This document shows positions 25,585 to 39,427 of a stretch of DNA of 64,000 bases, in pieces. The translations under genes and the position numbers were made by a program. Within the stretch, counting starts at the first letter, position 1, and each line of letters starts with the position of its first letter. Under the pieces are notes generated by a model, which searched no databases, had not been told where the DNA came from, and saw only the letters and a program-made list of their open reading frames with translations. The DNA comes from Chrysomallon squamiferum (lineage: Eukaryota > Animalia > Mollusca): the NCBI GenBank assembly GCA_012295275.1, contig CM022672.1, positions 25,482,001 through 25,546,000 of the forward strand. The letters are read 5' to 3'.

Positions 25585-25986
25585 TCAAAAACTCTTACCA
25601 AAGTCGTAGACTCTGTTACCGTAGCCTCTATTCATGTTACCGTAGCCGTTACGGAAGCCGTTATCGTACATTTTACCTCTGCGATCCTCGAAGCCGTAGC
25701 CATTACCGTTCCTGTTACCATAGCCGTTGCCGTTACCGTATTCGTTGCCGTTACCGGCGTAGCCGTTCATTCTGTAATTGTTCCTACCGCCTTCGCGATT
25801 CTGACTGTTTTCATAAAATCTGTCGTATCGGACACGCCCACCGCCATATCCCTCCCTTTCGTATCCGTTACCGTATCCACCACCCATCTGCGGGAAGGAT
25901 CGCATCCCAGCTGGGTACATGTACACTGCCATGGCACAGCTGAGCAGTGTCAGAAAGCAGGTGAAGGTACTGAAACCCCTCATCAT
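25585..25986 (-). CDS. Small secreted Gly/Asn/Tyr/Arg-rich protein (133 aa), paralog of the 23.2-kb gene
   Basis: Signal-peptide-like MMRGFSTFTCFLTLLSCAMA, sharing TCFL..LSC..A with its neighbour; GYGN/GNG repeats; ends DFGKSF; acceptor TTTTAG just before the ATG; AATAAA near 25400. Confidence 0.85.
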   Translation of the reverse strand: MMRGFSTFTCFLTLLSCAMAVYMYPAGMRSFPQMGGGYGNGYEREGYGGGRVRYDRFYENSQNREGGRNNYRMNGYAGNGNEYGNGNGYGNRNGNGYGFEDRRGKMYDNGFRNGYGNMNRGYGNRVYDFGKSF

Positions 25987-26415
25987 CAGTCTAAAATACA
26001 AATCTTCTCAAATGTTTATTCATGGAATGTTTTTTTTTTAATTATTGTTATTCTTCTTCACTGGGATTGCCGAAGTCCGTTGTGCCGTTTTTGCTTTGTG
26101 TTTAGTTTTCAACAGTTAGAACATAATAACTGTTATCACAACTGTAATGATTGCTATGATATCCTTCTCCACTATTGTAAATATAGCTACTACTGCTACT
26201 GCAGATGCGACTGTTGCTACTACTACCACCAATGCTGCTATTACTTCGATGTTTAAATAAATACACTACTGCAGCTACTACTGCTACTACTACTTTACAA
26301 CTGCTAACACTACTTCTACTTGTTATCACTACTGCCATCTAATTAGACAGTACCTCGCTACGAAGGTTAGTAATACAAGTAATACACACACACAAGTATT
26401 TATACTAACGCTGTC

Positions 26416-26475
26416 GTGAGTGAATGTTTAACGACACCCCAGCACTAAAAAAACACATCGGCTGCTGGGTGTAAC
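26416..26475 (-). mobile_element. Short SINE-tail-like repeat fragment; related copy at ~44735-44792
   Basis: GAATGTTTAAC...CAGCAC.AAAAA...ATC.GCT...GTGT is shared by both sites and follows GAAT/GAGT tetranucleotide repeats. Confidence 0.45.
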
Positions 26476-28307
26476 ACTAGAACAGTGTAAACCGAAGTAA
26501 ATCGCGATATTAAAAGTAGATACATTGATGTGAGAAAAACGCTCCTTAAACTATTTTAAGTCAATCCGTTTTGCAGTTTATTATTTAATGAAGCAACATT
26601 TGATCAATCTGTTTAAACTGGAAGTGGCAGCTATCTCTCGCTAAAAGTATTTACCTAAATTAATTTAAATAAGTCGTTCGGTCTGCGCAGTAAATTTGAA
26701 CACTTGCTAAATTAGTTTAAACAAATTTAACTGAAATGATTTAGTTTGAATATGAAACGTATTTTAATTAAATCGATTTATATCTAAATGCAAGGTTTTA
26801 GTCTTTTTCCTTTTTTTTTTTTTTTTCCATTGTAACAAAGTCAGTATTAAGTAATTGTTTTAACTAATCGCCAGACTGGCAAATGTAAAACTGTGCCAGA
26901 ATTTTTCAGTTCTTTTCCACGTTTGTAAATATTAACTGTCACAGAAACAGTTTAACAAAGTGGATTTTAACAAAAACTTTTTAAAACTTTAAATCTCTAC
27001 AGTATTTTAACAACGACTTTTTAAAATCAGTATATCTGACTAAGTTCTACAAGTGTCAGTAAAACAAACGTGTATACTGAAACAACGTGTTTACCTATTT
27101 ACAAGTGTATACTGAAACAACATGTTTACCTATTTACTCACGTACGTACGGAACACCTGTATTTTTCTACGTCTGCACACACGGCACTTTCAGAGGAATT
27201 ATGGCAGTTTCTGGCACAGAGTGTCGCCTACTACGTTCACGACGACGTTAATAAATGACTGTCACGACAATATTACATCAATTATTGTGTCTTTATTTGA
27301 ATTATGATGATGGCCCATCGTTTTATTTGGCATTTATGGCTTTTGTTTCTCTTGGTTTGAGAATGTTTGGACAAGCCGCGGATTAATGATACACTCCGAT
27401 CTGACAGAAAGCTAAAAACGGTAGTTTTCTGGAATATTTTAAGAACTAGGTCGTGAAAAAATACTTTTGTAAAGCCCAAATATTCAACTGTTTGCTTACA
27501 ACATGACAAAAGACTGCTAAATTTATAAAAAGGCCAAAAATAAATTGATTTAAAAGGTAATTAATTTTACTGATTGGCTTTGATAGAAAGTCTTAAATAA
27601 ATTTGGGTAAAATAGTCTTAGAGACTGAGTGCCAGCATTCACTTTTAAATACACATCTGTGAACATATTTAATTATAAACGAAACCGAAATAAAATGATA
27701 TATTATAATAACGGATACACTGGGGAGTTTATTTTACTGTTAGTACAATAATAAAATAGTAGTTAATGATTATAATATAGATATTTAACTTATTTTAATA
27801 TCATAATAGAGATATTTAACATATTGCTATATTATAATATATATATTTAAATATGTTAATATCATAACATAGATATTTGACATATTGTAATAATCTGTAG
27901 TTCATCTTATTATAATGTAAGACGGAGTTAATACAATTAATACAGATAAATATACAACGTCATTGCTGTTTTCAAATGTTTTCGACATGTGGAAAATACA
28001 TACTGCACAAATAATATTCACTTATATGAAATACACGTCGCACTTAATAAATAACAGTTTTAAACATACATACAAATCCGCATAAATAAAACAGTAGTTA
28101 TTTACATACGTCCCGCATGTGATATTATTACATAGAAAGAGCTGTTACATATATTATAAAACAATAATAAAGTAAGGGAGAAAAAGATAATTTAGTACAA
28201 ATAATTTCAAATATTAAATGTGAAAAAATGTCAGTAAGACTGAATGAATGATTATAAAATGCATTTAGAAGTAGGTCGACAGAATATTTTAATAATTTAT
28301 TTATTTA

Positions 28308-28340
<33 letters not shown>

Positions 28341-28675
28341 CATAACAACAACAACAACCACAAACACAACAACAACAATAAGAATAACGATATAATAGTA
28401 ATAATAAGTAAGTAAATAAATAAATGAAATAAAAATATAAATTTAGCAAACTGCTTTAGTAACAACATCATTACTACACATATAAGCTACTTCTAAAAGT
28501 ACAGTTGTGTGAATGGGTGTGCAAATGTGTGTGTGTATTTATACACTAACAAATGATTTTGATAAATTTGATATGACAACGGAAGACAGCAAAACATCGA
28601 CACTATCACATTATGATAACCTGTACCAGATACCAAAAACATTTAACCAAGAAAACCACTGAACAGAGTTTTAAA

Positions 28676-28718
<43 letters not shown>

Positions 28719-29024
28719 CTCGAGATACATTTGTGTATGTATGTAAATTTGTATCTATGGATGGAACTATGGATGGATGTACGAGTCTGTGTGTGTACGT
28801 ACATATGGGTGGATGGATAAATGTATGTTATTCTTTTAATATTCGTTTTGTGTACTTTCTTGCTTCTTATTCAGTTCTTTGTTGTTATTGATGTAAAACC
28901 GTTGTTGTTGTTTCTTTTTGTTCGTCTTTTAAACAGGGCCTGTTTTAGGTGTTTTTATGGTTTGTTTGATTGTTTTGATTTTTTTTTTTTTAGATTTTTT
29001 GTTGTTGTTTTATCGTTCTTGTTG

Positions 29025-29067
<43 letters not shown>

Positions 29068-29631
29068 TTATTATTGTTGTTTGTTAGTTTCTTTCATTCT
29101 TTGATTTATTTGTTTTCGTGGGGTTTCGAAAAGTTGTCATGATTTTTCTTGTTTACATTAACAGTTCCTCTAACTAAAACAGTGTTTACATCATTATTAC
29201 GTAATTTCACACTTTGTTGAGAACGTTATGCACGTGACACACATTAATGTCGTTATTTATCAACAGTCCGTGATGTATTGCACAGTCACCTGTCACACCT
29301 CTCTCCTATTACACAACTGTTTATTTATTTAGACGTTATTCTTACATCACGATCGTCGACTCTTTGAGTCAACAGTGTCACAGAAAAAAAAGAAAATATT
29401 CATGAAAGACATTGTTTTGTTCCTATAAAAAAAATATTATATAAATAAATGGTTTGATCGATGGGTGAGTTTCTGCGCGTGATCGAGTGGCTGTCACTTG
29501 GGTGTTCACATAACAGCCTCAAGGTCATTTTAGTCATTCCAGGATTCCGTGTAGTGCAAGGAATGTTTTTCTCTTACAGTCTTTGTAATTTAAATTTAAC
29601 AACAACAACAACAACAGCGACGACGAAAACA

Positions 29632-29702
<71 letters not shown>

Positions 29703-31363
29703 AGCAGCAACAGCAGTAATAATAATAATAAAAATATCAAAGAACAATTTAATTAATATTTGTTAAACATTCGTTATTATATACACACTCATATACACAT
29801 TTATATATACACATATATACAGACATACACATACATACAAACACAACGCATACACAGATACACACAAATACGTATACATGCATACATACATACATACATA
29901 CATGCATACATACATACATACATACATACATACATACGAACGTATCTACACAATTGTTTAATATGTCACAGATCTTGCAGAAAGAGAGCAAGGAGAAGAC
30001 TAAACATTACTAATGACATTATTCTTTTGTAAAGTATTAACTTATTTACGCGAGTGTTATTGGGTTTTTTATTTTTAAATTACCTCTGATATCAAGATCA
30101 TTCTGTTTTTACCGTAGCGCACTGAACAAAACGAAACAGTGCCGTGTTGAAATGACAGTTAAAACACTGCACAGCTGTGAAACTATCATTAGTGCCACGT
30201 TTATTCAAAACTTGTATCAGTGTTGCGTAATTCTATCCGAGGCCGATTTGTTGGGTCACGCGAACACAGTGTCCATTAATACAGTCTGAAATGTTTTCAC
30301 GATTATGGATTTGCTGGTACATTCTGTGTAGAGGTAACACATTTGGTTTTCGCCATGCCTTCATATTTTTCTTTTCTTTTCTTTATTATTATTATTTTTT
30401 TTTTATTTTTTTTATTTTTTTTTTTTTTTTTTTTTTATCTCTTTTTCATATTTTGAGGTTATTGTTATTGAAAATACGAAAATTATCGTCTATTATTTTT
30501 GTATTTGTATATGAATCAGTGTTTAGAACAGATTAACACTTTTTATGTTTCATGTGTAATCATGAAATGAGAATATATGTCTGACTGTGTTTGTGTGTTA
30601 CTGTTTTTTCTGTGTGTGTGTGTGTGTGTGTGTTCACGTGTCTGCATGCCTGTGCATGTGTGTGTGTGTGTGTGTGTGTGAGTGTGCATGAGTTTGTATG
30701 CATTTAGGAAATAATATTACGTTATTTTATGTACGTACTTATGTGTCTATGTATGAACGTATGTGTGTAGGTGTATGTATGTATGTGTATATATTTTTAT
30801 GTATGTTCGCATGTATGTATATATGTATGTATGTTTGTATGTTTGTATGTAGTATTTGTGTTTATATGTTAATTTACGCATACACACACACACACCTTCA
30901 CATACATACATCCCTACATATATATATACATAGTTTTCAAAATATTTTATCAAAAAATCTTGTTTACGAATTATATAACCCATCGACGCATTTAAAATAC
31001 AGTCAGTAATACATTACGTTAAATAATACCGGTGTTGCGACAGTTACCAGACTGTGACATTATAATACATTAAAAAAAAAGTTCTATATTTTATTATTAT
31101 TTGAATTTCATAATATAAAAATGACTGTATTTCAGAAAAGTATATTAACTAATATAGTTTAATATTAATGTGGTTATTAGATGTCAGTCTTACATAATTT
31201 ATTTATTTAAAGCAAATCTATAGACAGATGTAGAAACACTAAATATATCTGCAAATGTCAAAGTTTTGTTTTAATTATTATTTATCTTTATTATTTTATT
31301 ATATTAATTTTGTGTGTCTATATGTTTTTTTTTGTTTTTTGTTATTTGTTATTTTTGTTTCCT

Positions 31364-31395
<32 letters not shown>

Positions 31396-31644
31396 ATTGT
31401 TTGTTTGTTTGTTTTTTTTTCTTTCTTTCTTTTTTTGACCACCAGTTTTAATCAGCGACGAAGGAAAGAGCAAAAGCGTAGAGCTTAAAAATATTCTTGT
31501 GTCACAGAGGCCGGATCGATTTGCTCTAAAAAATCAAAATAAAATGAATAAAAAAGACAAATAAAATAACAATAATGAGTGATGCAGCATATATCATAAA
31601 TTTAAAAACAAAACATAAAAAATAATACGGATAATAATTAATAT

Positions 31645-31677
<33 letters not shown>

Positions 31678-31899
31678 TATTTCTCTGTGTGTGTGTGTGT
31701 ACGTACGTACGTATGCATATATGTATGTATGTATGTATGTATGTGTATGTATGCATGCATGTTTAGATGTATTTAGGTATAGATGTGTTTTTGCGTTTAT
31801 CTACTTAACCTAATTTTTATTTTATTAATTTATCAAATACCTTTACTGCAAATAATAGCTTCATTTGTGAAGAGAGGTATTTTATCCACTGGTTTCTAG

Positions 31900-32225
31900 A
31901 TGTGTGGTAACAGTGTTGTCTTGTTTTTCTTTTGTAGCACAGGGAGGTTTCATTGCCTCGAAGTTACCATTCAGTATCAGCAGTTTACCGTGTACGTAAA
32001 TATAATAATAATGATAATAATAATAATGATAATGATAATAATGATAATGATGATAATGATAATGATAATAACAATAATAATAATGATGATGTTGATGATG
32101 ATGATGTGATAAAGTAATAATTTTGATGATTTTTTTGGCAATCATGATGATAGTGTTATATCTTATAATGATAATATATATAATTTAATAAAAATATCAT
32201 CTTCATAATTATCCCCTTCTCACTG

Positions 32226-32267
<42 letters not shown>

Positions 32268-32288
32268 CCACCACCATCATTATAATTA

Positions 32289-32352
<64 letters not shown>

Positions 32353-33667
32353 GATGCATTTTTGTATGTATGTACTTATATGTATGTATATATTATGTTA
32401 TGCACGTGTGTGTGTGTGTGTGTGCATGTGTGTGTGTGTGTGTGCGTGTGTGTTATTTAAGTTACTAAAATATTTTTTACATATATACCTCTGTGCCTGG
32501 CTAAGCCTCGGGAAACCAGTTGTCCAACAGAGGAGTGGTTATACCTCAGAAGAAACGCAAATGGCCAAATATTACGATACCGGTGATCATGGGTGAAAAC
32601 TATTGTGAGAAACTACTCAGAAGATTTATTACATTTACGCATTAATAACTAAACTAAATCATTGAAATATATTTAAATTACCTGCTGGTAATACGTTCGT
32701 GTTAAAGCGCAGTATTTGTTTGTTTTTGTGTGTTTTTTTGCTATGACACATTCCATTGCAGTTACTACACTGGTATGACAGTAGCACTGTTTTCAGTCCG
32801 AGTTCGTTTCTTAACAACAAATTAACAACAAAATGACAACAATAACAATAGCAATTCGGATGATAATAGTAACACTAATAATAATGATAATAACAATAAC
32901 AATAATAATAAAACAGTAACAACAACAATAAATATATTTAAATATAAGCAAACAAACAAACTAAATATTACTTATTAGTAAATAACGATTAATTATTATT
33001 TTTTTTTTTTTTTTTTTTTTTTAATAAAAATTAAAAAAGAATGAAGAGAGGTAAACGAATAAATAAATAAATAAAAACAGACAGATGGAGTGAATTTTTT
33101 TTTTTTTTTTTTTTAAATAGAAAATATTGTAACATATTCCCTGTAAAATGTGATTACTTGAAAACTTTGGTTGTTTCAGCCAAAGAAGAAATACGTGTTC
33201 TGAAAGCTGGGCTGGGTCACTGGGAACATTTGACCTGTATTAGATTCAACGTACTGGACCACTACGACGGCATCTACATGAAACTTGATAACAAAAAATT
33301 GTTGTAGGTTCTGTGCTTGGTGTACTTTTCCGATAAAAATTTGTATATTTTTTCGTATCCTGGTGTCATTTTAATAGTAATTTTTTACTCTTTCTAATTA
33401 TGTATAATGTTTTAGGAAATCAATAATTTAGAAAATTTTGTCACATACCTACTAGTAGTGTGTAAAGTAGTAGTAGCAGTAGTAATAGTAGTAGTTATGT
33501 TAGTTAATTTATCTTATAGGTGTTATTCCAGAGTAGGCTATCACAGAAAATGGAAAACTCAGTATATTTCACTAGGTAAAGGATGTTTGACAGTAAGTAT
33601 TTTACTTTATTTTACATTTAACACAGCCTAAAACTCAATCATTTTATGACACCGATATAAAGTCAGT

Positions 33668-33745
<78 letters not shown>

Positions 33746-34043
33746 GTCTGTCTGTCTGTCTGTTAATGTATATCTATATCCACTGATCTATCTATCTGCC
33801 TGTCTACATATTAAAGACACAAACAGGAAAAATAACCACACACGCAAACAAACACACAACCAACCCAAATAGTGCCCCATACTGACGTATCCAAAGCCAT
33901 GGTTTTTACTTTTCTGTTTGGGAGAAGGTGCATCTAACCGATTCCTTTTAGCTAACAGGCAAGAGCAATAAAGTTTTTAATTCTTGTTCTTCATTGTGTG
34001 AGTTTGTTGTTTTGTTTATTCGTTTGTTTGTAATTGGATTTTT

Positions 34044-34081
<38 letters not shown>

Positions 34082-35480
34082 TTATTTAAATATATCAACA
34101 TTAACAAAAAAAAAAAAAAAAAAAGAGATATTTGCGACATCTTGCAACTAGGAGTTTTAGTAATAATTATTAAAATATTTTGCGGTGTAATTTAAGAGAC
34201 TATAATAGACGTTTTGTTGTATCTCAGATCGGTCACATAGCTCACGAAGTTGGCCATTCACTGGGACTTCATCATGAACAGAAGAGACCAGATCGAGACA
34301 GTTACATCAGAATACTAAAAGAGAATGTTAGTCCAGGAAAGCAAAAGAATTTCTTTAAGGAAAGATGGTTATATGCAGAAACAATGGGATTACCTTATGA
34401 CTACACTTCTCTGATGCACTATCGAGCATACGTGAGTGTTATAATTTAATATGTCAGTTTTACTACATACCATAAGCCGTCATTACTACTACTACTGCTG
34501 CGACAACTATTGCAACTATCACCGTATCACAGCAGTACTGCTGCTACTACTTCAACCACTTCTGCTGCCTTTCTGTCATCATAAGTACCACTACTACCAT
34601 TATGAATAAAAAACATATTTATTAATAACAATAATAATAACAACAATAATAATAATAATAAAATAACAATATCAACAACAAGAACAATAATAATTATAAT
34701 AATAATAAAAATAATAACAATGATAATAGTAATAATATAATAATAAATAATAATAACAACAATAATAAAAATAAAATAATAATAGCCACAACAACAACAA
34801 ATAAAATAACAACAAACAACAACAGTATATCAGTATAATGTACACAGAATATATAATATTTTCAGCAATTTTCAAAGAACAGAAACCTAACTATAATGAC
34901 TCTGGATGAAGACATGATTCAGACAATCGGAAACAAGGATCACCTTTCATTTTATGACGCCAAGATAATTAACTATCATTACTGTACAGGTAATACAAAG
35001 GTGTGTGTGACCACCATATCATTATCTGTTTACATGATTAGTACTAAGTATGCCACCACTCTAAACATAATCAAGAAAACCAGCGAAGTGTTGTCATTCA
35101 TAATATTACTAGCAGGTATGCTACTTCTGTTGGAAGTCATAGAAATATTGTTTTTCATAATAGAAAACTAATGATATGTTGTCTTTCAGGATAATATAAT
35201 ACTATTAGCATTTTCTTACCAGGACAACGTTTTAAAAACATTCTTTTGTAGTATTAAAAGGAAGCATGCCGCCTGTAATTGCTTGATCGCAAAAACAAAT
35301 TCAATGGATTTTTTTATAGTAATTATACACTTTCAGACTGGGAGGAGTATCACAGCTCTGAGAAAATAAATTTTCAGTTATTTGTGTTTATTGACTCAGT
35401 TTTCAAAAAATGTTGTAAGAATATCATACTAATTTCAATTTGACAATTTAAAGTTATCATTTAACGATACTAATAAATAG

Positions 35481-35574
<94 letters not shown>

Positions 35575-36907
35575 GTAATTATCTGTACAGAAACATGTAT
35601 GGAAGGACTTGACTGGGAACTCTGTAAAAATGGTGGCTATCGAGATCCAAACAATTGTTCACAGTGTAGGTGCCCAGATGGACTGACAGGTCGCTTCTGC
35701 ACTGAAGTTATGGATGGCGTCAATGGTACGACATGCTGAAAACTGAAAATAACAATAATTAAAAAATAATACTGTTGTTTAATTTCTGTCTTAGAATGAA
35801 ACAATAATATTTGTGGATCTTCTTCTTCTTCTTCTTATTTACTTACTTACTTTCATCTTTATTTATTATTAAATCTTGACTACTTGATTATTGTTTATTA
35901 ATTTACTATTATTATTCACACATTTATTTTGACTGACTGACTGATTGAGTGAGTGAGCGATTGATTAACTGATTACTTGATTTACTTATTTATTTATTTA
36001 TTGAATTACTTTCATATTTATTTATTGAATTACTTTCATATTTATTAATTATTAAATCTTATTTATTTACATATTGTTTAATTTACTTATTATTTATATA
36101 TCTGTCTGTCTGTCTGTCTGTCTGACTGTCTGTCTGACTGTCTGTCTGACTGTCTGTCTGACTATCTGTCTATTAAAATTTTAACAGGTGACTGCGGAGA
36201 AAAGATATTAAAAGCAAACTCAAGATGGACAGAGCTTTTTACACCGGGATATTTTGACAATGGTCCAAAAGCTAAATCCTCCTGCAACTGGATTATTGAG
36301 GTATTAAATCATACTAATAATAAGTTCATTATAACTGAGGTATTAAATCATACTAATAATAAGTTCATTATAACTGAGGTATTAAATCATACTAATAATA
36401 AGTTCATTATAACTGAGGTATTAAATCATACTAATAATAAGTTCATTATAACTGAGGTATTAAATCATACTAATAATAAAATCATAGTAATATGTTCATT
36501 ATAACTAACATAATTATTAATTAATATAAACCAATTTCTCTGTTAGAAAACTGCAACTTCATTGATTTAAATTGGAAAAAAGTAAAACAGTTCAATTTTA
36601 TTACATTTTTTAAATAGATCTCTTTACATCTTTTTATTATTATTATTATTATCATGTTGTTGTTTTTTTTTTGTTGTTTTTTTTTTTTTTTGTTGTTGTT
36701 GTTGTTGTTTTTTTTTTTTCAATATAACTAAACCATGGTTATTTATTTATTTATTTATTTGTTTATTTATTATCTGAAAAAGATTATAATGGCTAAATTA
36801 TGTATTGACAAAAAAAAAAAACCAGGATCATCTTACATTTTTGCGACATTATCCTATTTCAGCTTTTTTCCTTTATCTAAAATGTTATGATCAGGTCTGA
36901 ATATCAA

Positions 36908-36938
<31 letters not shown>

Positions 36939-37618
36939 AAAAATAAATAAATAAATAAATAAATAAGCTACATAATGTATTTTTTATTTTCTTCACTTCA
37001 GGCTCTACAGGGTGAACGTGTACAAGTCCGAATTGTAGACTTGAAATTAAACTGTAAAAGACAACTTGCGTGCGATAGAAATTACGTTGCTATTAGATAC
37101 AAGACAAATTTAGCATTGCCTGGACCAAGGTAACAAGTTATTGTCCAGAACAAATATTCACATATTAAATGTGAGTTTTGCAGGGGTAGGGGTACATTCC
37201 TGGGAGCTCCAGAAACTGATTTCAGACACTTCGAATATTATTCTAGCTAAAACTTCATACACATGGATCTGTTCTCGATTTTGTATCGAAATTCAGCCTG
37301 GTTTATGGGTCACATTTCATTTTCTTTAACTTCTTTTTATATTTTTTTAAGATCTTACTCATGGCCTCATGTTAACAGTAAATTCGGACACCCAACAGGA
37401 TCAGTGGCTTACAAAATTTTAAATCAGCAATGATTGTAACAAGTCTACAAAAATGTTGTATTCTTAACAAACATTCATATCTGAACATGAGATATCCCAG
37501 TAAATAAAATATTAATTACAAATAAATGAATCAATAATAATATATTATAATAATAACCACAACAACAACAACAACATCAACAACTAATAATAAAAATAAT
37601 AATAATAAAAATAATAAT

Positions 37619-37673
<55 letters not shown>

Positions 37674-37738
37674 TGATAATAATGATGATATATCAACAAC
37701 AATCACGGCGTCAGGTTGCAATACCGTGCAGGTTAGTT

Positions 37739-37787
<49 letters not shown>

Positions 37788-37791
37788 TGTG

Positions 37792-37839
<48 letters not shown>

Positions 37840-38116
37840 TGATAATAATAATGATGATAGTCATTTTATATTGTATTCTTATGTGAAAAATTATCTTAAT
37901 CTTTACAATAGTTACACTGGAGATTTTATCAAAGTAAATGTTATTGCAGCTATTGTTCATAATACATCTGGACCTCTTCTGATCACTTCAGGTTTTGCTG
38001 TGACAAACCAGCCAAAACGTTCGTTAGCTACAGCACAAAGATGTTGATTTTGTACCGCATTGGAAATATCAACAACAATCACGGCGTCAGGTTGCAATAC
38101 CGAGCAGGTTAGTTTC

Positions 38117-38156
<40 letters not shown>

Positions 38157-38195
38157 TTGTGTTTGTGTGTGTGTGTTTGTGTTTGTATTTGTGTG

Positions 38196-38235
<40 letters not shown>

Positions 38236-39061
38236 ATATGTGTATATGTATGAGTTTGTATATGTATATATTTGTGTGTGTGTGTGTGTGTACACAGTGG
38301 TACCTTGACTTACGAGTTTAATTCGTTCTGTGACGGAGTTCATATCTCACTTTGTTCGTATATCAAATATCAAGTTTCCCAACTGAAATTAATTGAAATA
38401 CAATTAATCCATTCCAGCCCCCAAAAACAACCTTTTGTTTTCTTTTCTTTTTTGTAATGTTTTTTTTTTAAATAAGAAAAATGTATTTATAAATGACAAA
38501 TATTGTAAAAAAAAACAAAATAAATGAGAATGTAAAGAAATAAATTGGTTTTGAAAAAGTATATTTATTTTAACGCCTTTGGCTGGAATTACAGCCTTTA
38601 TCGACTCCTTCAGCTTCAGTATGGTGCAAATCGTAGAAATACTAGGTTTGTACTGACTAACCAAGTCAACTACATGCACACCTTGCTCATGTTTTTCTAT
38701 AAATTCAAGCTTTAATTCAATGGACATCATCCACCTCTTCTTCTCAGCACTGTCCTTTGCACTCACTTTCTTAGGATCAGCGGCCAGAAAAAATAAATTT
38801 GGCAAAAGTACTGCACAAAATGCAAGCACAACACAACAGAGGTGCTTCCATGGTGAGGTAACCATGTGAAGTAAACAAGTGAGATGCAGGATGCTGGGCG
38901 GATGTTATGTTGTTCGTTGCGCCAACTAGCGGCGGTGTATCTGAAGCTCACTCCTACCTCGGATTTTGGCTCACCGCTGAAAGCAAAAATGCCATCAGGT
39001 AACTGCTCATAACTCGAAAAATTCGAGAGTTGGGGCACTCGTAAGTTGAGGTACCACCATG

Positions 39062-39104
<43 letters not shown>

Positions 39105-39282
39105 ATTTTTATTTGTATATCTGCACGGTGTGTGTATATGCATGTATGTATATTTTATATGCGTATCTGCATATGTGCATATATGTATGTATGTTCGTAT
39201 GTATTTAGGTATGAATATTCTCTAACTTATTTGTGTGATTAGACTCTGCACAAAGAGATAATATTTGGGAAGGAACTGGTAC

Positions 39283-39358
<76 letters not shown>

Positions 39359-39394
39359 TTGATTGATTTATTGTGTGACTGAATGTTCATAAAT

Positions 39395-39427
<33 letters not shown>

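Noticed and set aside
37673-38047. 124-aa ORF in the astacin region
   Set aside because: Runs through (GT)n; the real CUB exon (37992-38107) is in a different frame.
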